DNA of 64,000 nt, taken from Blastocladiella emersonii ATCC 22665. Its lineage: Eukaryota > Fungi > Blastocladiomycota. Under the pieces are notes generated by a model that saw only the letters and a program-made list of their open reading frames with translations, was not told the DNA's origin and searched no databases. The translations under genes were made by a program, and so were the position numbers. Below, piece after piece: positions 47,184 through 59,371 of the stretch (within the stretch, counting starts at the first letter, position 1; each line of letters opens with the position of its first letter). The DNA lies in the NCBI GenBank assembly GCA_025594325.1, contig JANHCV010000001.1, forward strand, positions 868,001 to 932,000, read 5' to 3'.

Positions 47184-47974
47184 TGTGTGTGCTGGTATTC
47201 ATATAGATTGTGCTGGAGCTCTCCGAACAAGTTGACAGTTGAGTTGCAGATCTCGATGGACCTTGTAGACCTGTACGCAAACTCACCGCTGGTACGAGAA
47301 GCTCCAGCCGGTCGCAACCGAGGACGCGTTCCGTCCCGTAAGACGTGCGGTAATGGAAGAAACCTTTCTCCAAACGCATTTGTTGCGGAAGAGATAGACG
47401 CCCCATGGGTGCGGCTCAGAGAGTGCTAAGATCTGCTTGATAGTTTTTACGAGTGAAGGAAATACGCTGTGGGCGCTCGGAACTTTGTGATCAAGTCAAG
47501 TTCTCGATCAAACGATGGCGGGGCACGGGTGGGTGCCTATGAGTTTGTGATTGCACGGCACGTCTCTTCATTAATCAACGCTCTAACCTGCTACCACGTG
47601 AAGAACGAGTTTCTCGCTCCAACCTTGCTGCAACAACGACGGAATAACGCGATCGACTCTGATCACGTGTGTGGCGCAACGCGTCTTCGACGCGTTTCCT
47701 CCGACCCACTCGCGAGCGATCAAAAATTTGAAGCTGGAGCAGAGTAGGTTTTTGCAAAACATCAAGAGCTAGCGAAGTAGAATTTGAATTAACAGGGCGG
47801 AGGAAAACGTATCAATCAAGCTGGTTTGACTGAGGGCCAAGCATGAAATCTCAAGGGCCAAGCATGGGAGTTCAAAGCAACGTGACGTCAAGATGCCGGG
47901 GGAAAAAATAGATCACCCCGGGGCAAAATTATCTGCCTCGCGGTGAGCAGTGACCACGTCAGTCCGACTAATTT

Positions 47975-48407
47975 AGTTGGAAGAATGCAGGGGGATCCGA
48001 AACCCAGTGTTGGTCTGCACTCATCAACCATTTCATCGTCCTACGGAGTGTACTCCACCTTGCAGACTGCTCATAGGTACATATTCTGTTTGCGCACGTA
48101 GCGCTGTCACGCTCGCAAGCGCTCAGGCAGCGACGCCTTCAGCCTGCCGCATGCTGAGTTCAAACCCAGCAGCAGTCTCGCTGACCAAGTGCCCCGGCTC
48201 TGAACAACCACTGCAACCGCCGAATGTGGTGGACCGATGATTACGATTAAGTTTTTTCCTATTGACAAACTGCCGCACGCTGTGGAGTCAAACTGAGACG
48301 TTTGGGGGTTCGGAGCGGGCCGCGTCAATGTCGAGACACGAGACAAGAAGGAACGCGTGACGCGTTTTGCTCACGTGAGAGGCTGAGAGCCGTTTAATTT
48401 GGCGGCG
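47975..48407 (-). repeat. Right arm of the diverged ~440-bp inverted repeat (inverted copy of the IML1 upstream region)
   Basis: Reverse complement aligns with 40840-41287 with many substitutions and indels (roughly 65-75% identity by eye). Confidence 0.9.
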
Positions 48408-49705
48408 CGTCCCTGAGGTTTTGATTATACTTGAGGCACCTAGACGCATCGCGTCTGGTTTTCAATCGAGGGCTAAAGTCCGCGCCACGTTGAGCGCTTG
48501 CGCCGTTTCGCACGTCGCAGCTTTGCACGTCGCAGCTTTGCGGGTCACAGCACAGCGCGTTCCCTCAAAAACCAGTCCTTGCGCATCAAGGAGTGGCGGC
48601 GGCGGTGGCCGCGGGTCGAGGGTCGCGGCGTATCATGAGTAATACATTGATATCATTCTATTAAACCAATCGGGATACCTATCAGGGGGGGGGCATGAGC
48701 TATCTGGGAGCGCGCCGCGGACCAAACCCGACCCTTGCGTCAAACCTTGCGTTGATTGCGGCGTCAGGCATGGCACCAGGTCCAACGTCCAACCGAGACG
48801 TCCATCCTGCCCAAACCTGGCGTCAGCCCTCGCGTCGCGACCCTCGCGTTGGACCTGACGTCACGCACGGCGCCAGACCCCTCAAGCTGGAAGCCGTTTT
48901 GGCGATACCATGATGACCTGCTTTGCAACTTCCGTGTCCACGCACCAACACCTTCATGAATGCAGGCGTGATGACGCCCCTGCTCCAACTTCACCAATTC
49001 TGGCCCAGCACATGTTCCATAGGAACGTCATGGCGGATCCACTTTGTCCACTCTCACATCATAGCACCATACCTGGGCTACCCAAAAGCCTAGATTGTCA
49101 ACTCCCGTGGGTCTGCTGTGTCATGGCACATGTGTTTTAGTCCACTCTCGCTTCCCTTCTTCACATACACGACAGAAACGGGGATCTTGTCCGCTGTAAA
49201 GAATTCAATTCAAGTTATGTAACTTGTCATATGCTTTGCCGCTCAAAACCCTCCATATTGTGTTCCTGATGGGCCGTTAATGGGTCGCTTGATGCTGATG
49301 AGACTTGAAGTGTTTGAGGTCGGACATTTGAGCCCGCGGGCTATGACTTCACTTTCGTACAGTGAGCAGGACCCTGATAACCTACTTCAAACTTTCGGTC
49401 TAGCCACACAGGTACTTATTCAAAGTTTGTTACTTATAACCAGTCCGCCAGGTGGAGCACACCACGGTGCTCGATTGCGGGACCAGCATGCGCTTTGATA
49501 GACCGGGTTTCGAATCCGCGTGCGCGCTCTGGTGCCGACAGATCGTTCAGCGTGGCCAATGCTCACCAACGGGGGATACATTTTTCTTACATTCACCTTT
49601 TTTTCTCTCCTCCCCATCCCGCCCCTAAATCAAAACATCGTCCACAATTAATCCAACGTGCTGCACGTGTCAGGGGAGGTCCGAGTGGGTCTCATTGCCA
49701 GTATT

Positions 49706-52700
49706 AGGCTCGCACCGACGTGCACATTCGGCCGGTACGACCCCTCCCACGTGCCACTCGCGCGACTCCGAAACTGACGCCCGACACACCCGCACAGATC
49801 AACCCCGAGACGGTCGAGGCCGACTACGTCGAACTCGCCATCCGCGACCAGTACATGAGCCGCAGCGACATGTGGCGCATCAAGCAGGCCATGGTCGGCC
49901 AGTGCGTCTACGCGAGCAAGAAGATGTCGTTCCCCGGCGGCCTGCGCGTCCACATCCGCGAGATCGTGCGCGGCCACCGCAAGGCCGCGTGCGGCTACAT
50001 CACGCACCAGACCAAGACCATCTTCCGCTCCGAGTCGGCCCACGTCTACCTCCTGCTCCAGCTGTCGCGCGAGATGACCGAGTTTGTCAACGGCGACAGC
50101 GACCTGTGCTTCGAGAAGGTCGTGCACGACTTCCTGCCCGACCTGTTCGCCCGCTGGACCGCGCTCAAGGTCAACCACCTCGTCACCATCGTCCTGTTCA
50201 GCCGCGTGCTCTACGACGACGCGAGCGTGCGCGCCACCGAGGCCGCCGACGCCAGCAGCACCATGCCGCCCGGGTTCGGCCGCTCGGGCGCCGCGTCGTT
50301 TGGCCACTACGACTTTTCGTCGCTCGACGGCGTGCCGCGCATCTTCCCCGAGGCCATCAACAGCAGCTACACGGCGACGCCGCTCAGCATCAGCTCGAGC
50401 GGGCAGCGGTACCGCGACGTGTACAAGGTCCTGATCGACGCCGAGACGCGCGCCGACTGGACCACGGTGCTCGGCCACCTCAAGGCCGAGTACCACCGCT
50501 TCATCTCGAACGCGCTGCTCGTCAACGAGGGCGGCGTCCCCGTGGTCCGCGGCGAGCTCGCGCCCGCGCACCTCGGCAACCTGCTCGAGGCCGTCAACCT
50601 CGCCCTCAACCCGCACGACAAGCACTACGTCGACCGCAAGCTCGACTTCGTGCGCACGGGCCTGTCGATCCAGATCGTGACCGCCGGCACGGGGTACCTC
50701 GAGACCGACAAGCGGCTGCTGCGGCTCACGACGCAGCGGATGCTCGACAACGGCGTGGCGCTCGACCTCGTGTGCATGTCGCCGCCGCCGCTGCACGCGA
50801 CGCCGCTGTTCCTCATCACGTCCAAGTTCCCGTACGCCGAACACCACGGCGAGGAGCCGCGCACCAGCCGGTCCGCCATCGCCAAGGACCGCCGCGCCGA
50901 GTCGTGGGACCCCGTCTACTACGACGACGACAAGGAGGACAACCCCGAGTACCTCTTCTTCACGGTGCCCGACTGGATCGACGTGTCGTACTACTACGCG
51001 GCGGATCCGCTCGCCTTCAACGTGCGCGCCCGCATGCCGTCGCTCACGCTCAACACGGTCGACCAGCTGCGCGTCAACCCCGTGGTGCCGTACCTCGACC
51101 CCGCCGACCTCGAGGGCTACGACGACGCCATCTTCAGCCGTCCCGAGGCCCCCGCCGGCGGCGCCGCCCTCAAGCAGAACATGTACCGCCTGCGGTTCGC
51201 CCTCGACGCGTCGACCCGGCCGCCGAGCCACTCGGCCTTCACCATGGTCATGAGCGACGAGGACGGCGGCGGCGGCGGTGCTGGGACCGGGGTGGGCGGC
51301 GCCGCGGGCCCGAACGCGTCGGCGCACCTGTCGACCAGCTTCACCATGACGACCAGCCCGCACGGCAACCTGCCGCGCGCCAGCAGCGACTCGTCGCTCC
51401 TGATCCCCGTGGTGCGGTCCAAGCACGTCCCGATCATGAGCACCAGCCCGGCGTCCGCGTCGTACATGGCGCGCGCCGCGGCCGCGCACTCGTTCCGCCG
51501 CACGGGGCTCGAGACCATGGCCGAGATGGCCGCGTCACGCCGCACCAACGAGTCGATGCACGCGCGGCTCGGGCTCCGCGAGTCGTACGAGTCGGGCGTC
51601 GGCGCGGCGGCTGCCATGAGCGGGATGGCGTCCGCGCCCGGTCCCGGCGTCGTCATCGGGCCCGCGGCGGGCGGCGGCGGCGGCGGCGGCGGCGGGTACC
51701 ACTCGCACCTCGAGCCGATCCCGGACGCCGACGACCACTCGATGCCCGTCTCGGTCACGCGCGGCGGGCTACCCGGTTCGGGCGCGGGCGTTGGGGTCGG
51801 GCCGACGAGTCCCATGGGCCAGAGTCCGCGCCGCGCGAACCAGTTCCTCGCCGGATCGCAGCTGACGCGCATGGCGGGGATGAACGACAGCAGCCAGCGC
51901 GGGAGCGCGTTCGGCGCGAGCGGGAGCGGTGTCGCCACGGGCGGGCTCGCGGGCACCAACCCAACGAGCCAGCTGTACCCGGCGCCGCCGCTGTCGCAGT
52001 GCTCGCATCAACCCGCGGCGGTCCCGGCGTCGCACTACGCGATCCAGCTGCGGCCGAACCTGATCAGCCCGTGGAGCCCGAAGCGCAACGTGGTCAAGCT
52101 GTCGTCGCACCTGCAGCGGTGGCACCACGTGTACCCGCAGACGGCGGCGTACCGGGTCGCGGCGCCGCTGTGGAACTCGCTGTGCACGCCGGCGTGCCTG
52201 CCCATCACCACCGACAGCTTCCCGACCGCCGAGGAGCTCATGGACCTGTACCAGGAGTACACGTACACGGTGTCGCCCAACGAGTTTGGCGACCCGGCCG
52301 CGCCCGCCGGCGGCATCGGCATTGGCATTGGCAACAGCAGCGTTGCGGATCCGACGGGGCAGAGCGCGCCGGGCGTCGCGGCGGCCGAGGCGCTGCTCGC
52401 CGAGATGATCTCGCTGCGGCTCGCGCAGGGGTTCCAGATTGTCCTGTCGTCGGGCCCGACGCACGCGCCGGGGGCGAGCGGGCTCGGCGGCGGCGTCGCG
52501 CGCGACACGTTCATGAGCATGGGCCACCACCTGCACAAGCTGTCGCTCAGCGCCGACCACTGCGTCGAGGTGAAGCGGTACGTGCGCCGGCTCGACTACC
52601 TCACGCGGTCGATCCAGTACAAGATGAGCCTGTGGTCGCGCGACGAGGCGCAGTTTGTCAACCGGTCGACCACGTTCAACTACCCGCAGCTGGTACGCTT

Positions 52701-53506
52701 CTCTTTTTTCGGGGGGTTGGCGAGCCTCGTCAGCTCACACTGGACGACTCGCGTGTAGGCCATGTTCAACTGGAACTTTGTCGACCACCTGATCTCGGGG
52801 TACGACGACGACGACGACGACATGGACACGTACCACATGTTCCGGGCGCGGTTCGTGTTCATCCCCATGGACCACGTCCCGGCGTCCATCAACACGACCA
52901 AGGACGACTCGCTCGACGAGGAGGAGCTGCGCATCGCCGGGTTCATGAAGCTCATGGAGACCATGCAAAAGCACGTCACAGACGGCACCCCGCTGCGCGT
53001 CCAGATCACGTCGCTGACGCGGTCCGCGCACATCCGCAGCGAGATTGCCGCGCGCGAGCGCGAGCTCGAGGAGGGGGCGGGTTCTGCGGCGGCAGCCGCC
53101 ACCGCCCCGCCCGGCGTGCCCGCCGGGTACCCGCTCGCAGGCACCAGCGTGTCGACGCGCGGGCTGTTCGCGCACGGGAACGGGTCCAGCTCTGGCGGCG
53201 GGAGCGGCAGCGCGCTGCAGTCGCTGCGTCGCGCGAGCAGTGCCGGGATTCAGCCGGAGCGCCCGTCGCGCGAGAGCAAGCCGACGGCGATCGCGTACGC
53301 GATGCAGCACCCGGCGCACGGCGTCAAGTTCAGCGACCGGCGGTGGCACCTCAAGCTGTACGAGCGCGTGTTCATTGGGAGCGAGGCCGTCGACTGGATG
53401 CTCCGCGCGCTGCCCGACGTCGAGACGCGCGAGGACGCGGTCGCGTTCGGCAACGCGCTGCTCAAGGCCGGCATCTTCATCCACGTCCTCAAGCGCCACG
53501 GGTTCC
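49706..53506 (+). pseudogene. IML1: Inverted, 5'- and 3'-truncated genomic copy of IML1/DEPDC5 (mid-exon 2 to the end of the DEP domain, introns retained)
   Basis: Reverse complement of 36477-40277; the coordinate sum is 89983 at both ends, so there is no net indel over 3801 bp. The only difference I found is the synonymous TCG/TCA at 38446/51537. No native start; the frame ends in a novel 35-aa tail with stop at 53613. Confidence 0.93.
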
Positions 53507-54768
53507 CCGCCGTGATTTTCCCTGCTACATATACTTTATCTTGTTGCTTAACTCGTAATGTGACTCGGGAAGCGCGACGGGTGGGCAGTTGGTGCGCTGG
53601 TTGCCAAGGTTAGTCGGCGGTGGGGTGATCAGCCGCAAGCTAGCGCCGCCGCGTGTCGATCTGAAACGATCTGTGTTCGAGTACCCGCTGATCGCGTCAC
53701 TCATCAGCGGCGACGCGACGCCCACAAATCACTGGCTTCTACCGCGTCGAGACAACGATCCAATTGTACAATTCAACTCTTATGATCAAGTCTACGGCAT
53801 GCGGATCTGTGCGGTAATAGCGATCATCTCACAGTCCCACTTGGTGACCTTCACGCTCGCGCCGCGCGGACAGCGAAGGACATGGAGCTTGCACATGCTC
53901 TCTCGAGCAAACCGACTCATGATCTATGTTGCGTCCGGCCGCCGCGATGGAGACGACGAGAACGACGAGGGTCAAACGTTTGCGCAGCGGATCGCGTTGG
54001 CCATGAGCCTCCCACGCGATGGTGCGATTGAGGTCGTTGAGCACAGCGCCGCCAGATAAGCTTACTGGTGCAGCTCGAGTGGCTAGCCCCGGTCGCGGAC
54101 CCTCTGATGAAGTTGAAGGGAAGAGTGACACCCGCCTGCGTGTAACCGAGACGCAAAATTCCCGAGAGGCAGCGGGCGCCGCTAGCCGGCGGGCGCCTCG
54201 AGCGAACAGACGTGTATACGGTGGTGGCTGAAACGCTGCTGATGTAGACGTCGTCGTCCGCTGAGGCAACGATCCCGCGCGTGTTGGCAAAGCGTGGGCC
54301 GAACGTATGCCACGAGGGGTCGGCCGTGGCCTTGGGTGGTCCGTGCTGGGTCGCGAAGCGGTCCCACTCGGCCGAACCTAGAAGCGCGTCGGAGCCTTCG
54401 CCTGATGCTACCAGCCCGACCAGATGCAGCGCGGTCGTGTAAGCCATAGCATGCACCCGTGGATGAGCGCGTCGCGCGGGAGCGGGTCGTTTGCCAGGAC
54501 CGTCGCGCGGGCGTGCTCAAGCGACTACCGGATCACGTCGCCGTCCACCACAACCGATTTACTACTGCGGATCGAGCATCTCGCTGTGTGGTGCGCCTGC
54601 TGGAGGTACGCGGCCGCAGCAGCGAGCGGTGCTTACGGAAGAACAAGATCATTTAGGAAACTCAGCGAACTGTTTATAGCGGGACAACAGTCTCACAATC
54701 TCCATGCGCGATAACGCGCGCCGTCATCGTCGGGAGCAGGTGGATTCTCCAGGAGATGATCTGGGCCA

Positions 54769-56800
54769 TCATGTTGCCGCGGCTCCTGCGACTGGCGCGG
54801 CTGATGGCAATGTTGGGTGCGGGCCCGGCTCTGCGGGCGGTTCTGGGCCTCGTCTCGGCGGCCCCCGGCGCGTGGGCGCAAGCGGGCGCACACGTTCGGC
54901 ACGGCGGCGGCGGTACCGAGCGTTGCGGTGCGGCGTCAGGACCCGGGCGTCGGCCCGGGACTGGACGAACGGCGCCCACGCGCGCGAGTGCAGCAGCGAC
55001 GCGGCGATGTCGTACAGCTGAGCGGCGGGGCGGCTCGGGGACGAGAGCGGGTGGGTGGTGCGCGGTCGCAGCGGCGGCGGCCGGACTGCGCAGAAACTCG
55101 CGCACGTGTGCGCCGCGCCGCGCCGCGCCGCGCGTGATGACGCAGGCGGACAAACGGGGCGCGGTGGCGTCGGGCAGGTCGAGAAGCGGCGGGAAGTTGT
55201 CCTCGGGGACGGGCAGGTCTGCCCTCCTTGCGTCGCGGCGTGCGATTGCTCAGTCGGTGAGCCCCGCGACGGGGGCCGCAAACGATGCGTCGCGGTCGGC
55301 GCGCAGCGTGTTGATGTCGAGGTGCACGGCGTGCAGCAGGTCGGGGCCGAGCAGCGCGTCGACCAGCGCGCCGGCGGCGGGAGACCAGTGCGGCGTTGTT
55401 CTTGGCCGCGTCGACGGATGTGAGCTGGCTGGGCCACGACTCGGCGATCTGGTCGAGCGTGTTGATGCGCTGCTCGTCCGTGGTCGTGCACTGGAACCAG
55501 TGGAACGGCGTGTCGAGCAGGCCGCACGAGCACCGAAACGGCTTGAAGTTGGCGTCCCAGCACGCAGGGCAGCGGTCCTCGGGGTTCTCGAGCGGGGCGC
55601 ACTCGGCCCTGCCGCAGGAGGGCACAGCGATGCGGCCGACCGAGTGCAGCGACTCGCGGCACGGCAGCTCGCGAGGTGCGGCGCGCGAGCGGGCGCGACC
55701 CGCCGTGGAGCGCGAGCGCGGTCGCCTCCCAGTCGAGCTCCTCGGCCTGGGCGGCGGCGGCGTTCGCGGCTGCTACAGCGGCGGCTGCGCGAGCTTGAGG
55801 TGCGCCATGTCCTCGGCGATCACCGCGTAGCGGCACTCGGCCTGCGCGAGGTCGCACGTGAAGTTGCGCGGGTCGCCGCAGATCTCGTGCCTGGAGAAGG
55901 CGAGGACGTGGTGGAGGTCCGACTCGGTGCGCGTGCGTTAGGAAAAGTACGCGTCGGACGGCAGGTTCGCCGCGGCCGTGGCGGCGCGGCCGACGACCTT
56001 GTCGGGCGTGGTTCGGTTGTCGGCGTGGCTGCGGACCCACGAGAAGGTGACCCGTGATGCTGCGGTCGCGCAGCGCGCAACGCGAGGCGGAGCGCGGACC
56101 ACAGGTCGCTCGACGCGCACCGGACGCGCTGGCGCACCGTCGCGGTCGGCGAGAGCTGCGTGCGCGCGGCCTTGATGGTGGCCTCGATGGCGTCCTGCGA
56201 GTCCGAGTAGATGTGCAGCGCGGTCCCGGCGGGGACCTGCGACACGGCGAGGACGAACGCGTGGGTCTCGGCGCGCGTCGACGAGAGCGGGCCGGGCGGT
56301 AGCTCGGCGGCAGCGATGTGGCCCATGTCGTCGTCCATGACGCCGTTGGCGGCCGCGCGGCACTCGGCAGCAAAGCGCGTGGCCGTGTCGTAGCCGTCGG
56401 GCAGCGGGAACACGGCGGCGAAGCCTGCGCGCGCGCGACGCCCTCGGGGCCCGGGCGGTCTGTGTAGTACGAGCCGTCCGTTTACGCGACGACGACGTTG
56501 CCCGGGGTGGGCGGGATCTCGAACCCGACGGCTTAAGGGACCCACTGGTGCATCACCGCCGATCCGCGCGGCGTCCGAGTTGGCGTGGCGCAGCGCCAGC
56601 GCGACGACGCTGACAATGTGCGTGATGCTCGGCAGCGGTTGCTGGCCGGGCCCGAGCTCGCCGCGCACGACTGGTTGTTCATTTCGAGGCGCCACCGCGG
56701 CGGCGAGGGTCGCATCGTGAGCACACTGCTCCACTTGTCGGCACGACCGACCTGCATCATCATACAGCCCGACGACAGATGCACGTCTTAGCTCCATGTC
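54769..56800 (-). mobile_element. Decayed, 5'-truncated non-LTR retrotransposon (RNase H + C-terminal zinc finger of ORF2)
   Basis: VVVA*TDGS (YTDGS with TAC>TAA), AGFAAVF, SSTRAETHAFVLAV, LHIYSDSQDAI, FSWVRSHAD, then CPAC...DTPFHWFQC. Several stops and frameshifts. No RT domain seen. Confidence 0.8.
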
Positions 56801-57600
56801 GCCTGTCGACCATGGCGCGCGTGTCTCGGCTTGGCGTTGGCGGGGAGCACCGGCGCGACGACTCGCCGCACGCCGGTTGCGCGGCGCGACCGCGAGCGGG
56901 TCCTCGGCGACGACGACGGCGACTGCGTGAGGAGCCGGGGGAGTTTGGTGTTGACGCCGTGGACGTGTGCGAGCAGCATTACATTGGAATGATCGTGTTC
57001 CGCGATGAGCGAGGAGCGAGGACCGGTTGGGCCGCTCCCCCGACTGGAATGTGTATCAAGCGCAACCACGCGTCCGAGAGAGGAAAGCAGCCGCGCCGCA
57101 CGCGCCACCGTCCGCGTGGCCGCGTTGCGCCACTCCTTTCACTCTTCGCCGCGACAGGCGCCGGGCAGGGCGCCGGGCGATTTCAGCTGCCCACTCTCTG
57201 CTCCTTCCTGCCTCTCGCAAACTTCATTGGCGCGCACGACGCTGCCACCGCCACTATCTGCAACGTAATCTCGCACCAACATGAACCACGACAACGTACG
57301 AATGCGCCGGTGCGGCGCGCGTGCTACGAGGAAACCTGTGATTTCGGGCGATCCGCTGATACACCGGCGGCTGCGTAGCCGGCGCAGGACATGCACCAGG
57401 CGCCCGCCCCGACGGCGGCAACGCACCTCGAGATGCACGTGGCGGCGCACCACGAGCCCGCACCAGTTGCACCTCAACACGCGCACCGCGTCTTCCCGGA
57501 CCCGGCCGTCACCGACTGCGTCCTATGCACCAAAACCGCCCTCGCCTAAGCCACCGACCGGACCGACCTGCACCCGCCGACACACCCGAGACTCGAGAAC

Positions 57601-59006
57601 ATGTACAAGGCGGCGACGCGCTCCGCCGTCACCGGGTACCGCGATGGGGGAGCCTTCCGCCGCGTACTCGAGGCCGCGTGCTCCACCCTCGACACCGACG
57701 ATGACGGGTCGCCGCTACCGCCCGACGTTCGGATGCACGGGCTGCAGCTGCTCGCGCACGCGGCGTCTACGGACGCGATCTGCGCCGCTGAGCCCGACAT
57801 GGACGGGGTCCCGGTACCCACGGCCACGGCCGTCGCCGCCGGCGAGAGCTTCATCGTCAACGCCGAGGCCCGCATGCTCGCGCTCAAGCGCGGCAAGAAC
57901 AAGCAGCTGTTCGCGGACGTGGTTCACGTCTCGCACCTGCTGACCACGTCGCCGGCGGACCGCAACGCGTGGCCGGTCGACGTGCCTGGGACGGTGGCCG
58001 CGATCACGCGGCTGGTCAACCTGCCCCCCAGCATCAAGTTTCAGCCCGAGATGCTCGCCATCTTCGCCTACTTCGTGGAGCTGTCGCGCACCCACGAGAC
58101 GCTGCACGCCGCCGGCATCGTGGTGTCGCTCAGCAAACACTCGTACATGCAGCTGTACACGAAGCTCGCGTCCGGGTGCACCTGGGCGGTGCAGGCGCGG
58201 GCCGCGACGGCCACGGAGCCGCCCAACCAGCTGCTGCGCCGGGCCCTGCAGCTCCAGTTCAAGGTCGACGGCAACACTGCGGTGCGGGCGCTGCGCGAGG
58301 TGAGCTTCGCCGCCATGATCGGCCAGAGTATGCTCAACGCCATGGCCAAGATGATCCGCATGTGCTACAAGCTGGCCATCGCGCACCCGCAGGTTCCGGC
58401 GCACAAGCGCATGTCCGTGCTCTACCTCCTCGACGGCGACAACTGCCTCGCGACGGCGGCCGAGCTCGACGCGCTCAATCAGCCACGGAACACGGTGCAC
58501 ATCTACGCGGTCGCCAGGAGTTTCGACGGGGTACGCGACACTGTATCGACGAGCCAATGAGACTCCATGGGACACTGACACGCGTGCTTACGGATGCGTA
58601 GTGGGCGAAAGCGCTGGCCAAGCCACGCAGCTCGATCACGCCTCACCCGCTCGAGTTCGAGACCAAGAAGACGGCCAACGCCCACGTGCAGGAGCACCTC
58701 TCGTCGGTGCGCGCGGACATGTGCGCACGGCCGTGGCCCCTGTTCGTCGTGCTGGTGTCGAAGGACAAGTCCTTCGACGTGATGACGCGCATCGCGCACA
58801 AGCACCTCGGGCTGGTGGGTGATGGCGACGGGTGTAACGGCGAGGGCATCGACCCGGGATGCTGGCTTGTCGACGTCCACACCGTGCAGGAGGCGGCGGC
58901 GCTCGCGGCCTGGACGGAGATGTGTGCCACGGCGGGCGGCGTCCGCGCGGGCGCAGCAGCCCCGGCGGCCGGCTCGCAGCAGCAGCTCGCGCCGACGACC
59001 GAGTAA
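57601..59006 (+). CDS. Protein with C-terminal PIN/NYN-like domain (5' end uncertain; may start at 57281)
   Basis: ORF 57601-58530, intron 58531-58601, last exon to 59006. VLYLLDGDN, KKTANAHV and VVLVSKDKSFD resemble PIN-like/NYN cores (DxxN ... SxDxxF). A possible upstream exon 57281-57295 plus intron leads to an in-frame TAA at 57547. Confidence 0.55.
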
Positions 59007-59371
59007 GCGGGAGTCGCAAGCGGGAGCTCTCAGCCGTGGCGTAATGAGGCGATGAGGTGATGCGGTGATGAGGTGGTGAGGTGATGCGGTGGGACAATAA
59101 CATGGAATTGCATTTGCTTGAACAACGAGTCTTTTCCGAAGTCGAAGCGGCACCAGCGCAACGTGGCGCAACGCGATCAGCCGGAGGGTCAGCTGAGCGC
59201 CAGGTGATCGCTCAGCCGGGTCCGCTTTCCTCCAGGTGCTTCCCACTTTCCACCGTTGGCGGCCGCCCGCGTGGCGGCGGCGGCGACGCACACGCTCCCT
59301 CGCCTTGTCGCACGTCCTCTCAACGCGGGAGCAGGATCATACCGCCTCACGACTAGTTGCACTCCCTGCAA

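Noticed and set aside
40840-48407. DIRS/Ngaro retroelement or Starship interpretation of the inverted-repeat block
   Set aside because: No reverse transcriptase, RNase H or tyrosine recombinase between or next to the repeats.
49706-53506. Retrocopy or Helitron capture as origin of the IML1 copy
   Set aside because: Introns are retained, so it is not a retrocopy. I found no Helitron TC start or hairpin-CTRR end at plausible positions.
53507-53524. hAT/Ac-like terminus (reverse complement CAGGGAAAATCACGGCGG) at the right end of the IML1 copy
   Set aside because: No matching left TIR (CAGGG at 47793, 48683 and 49671 diverge immediately), no 8-bp TSD and no transposase.
59045-59092. Short GATG(A/C)GGT repeats
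   Set aside because: Low-complexity 3' UTR/intergenic microsatellite-like tract with no spacers. Not CRISPR or telomeric.
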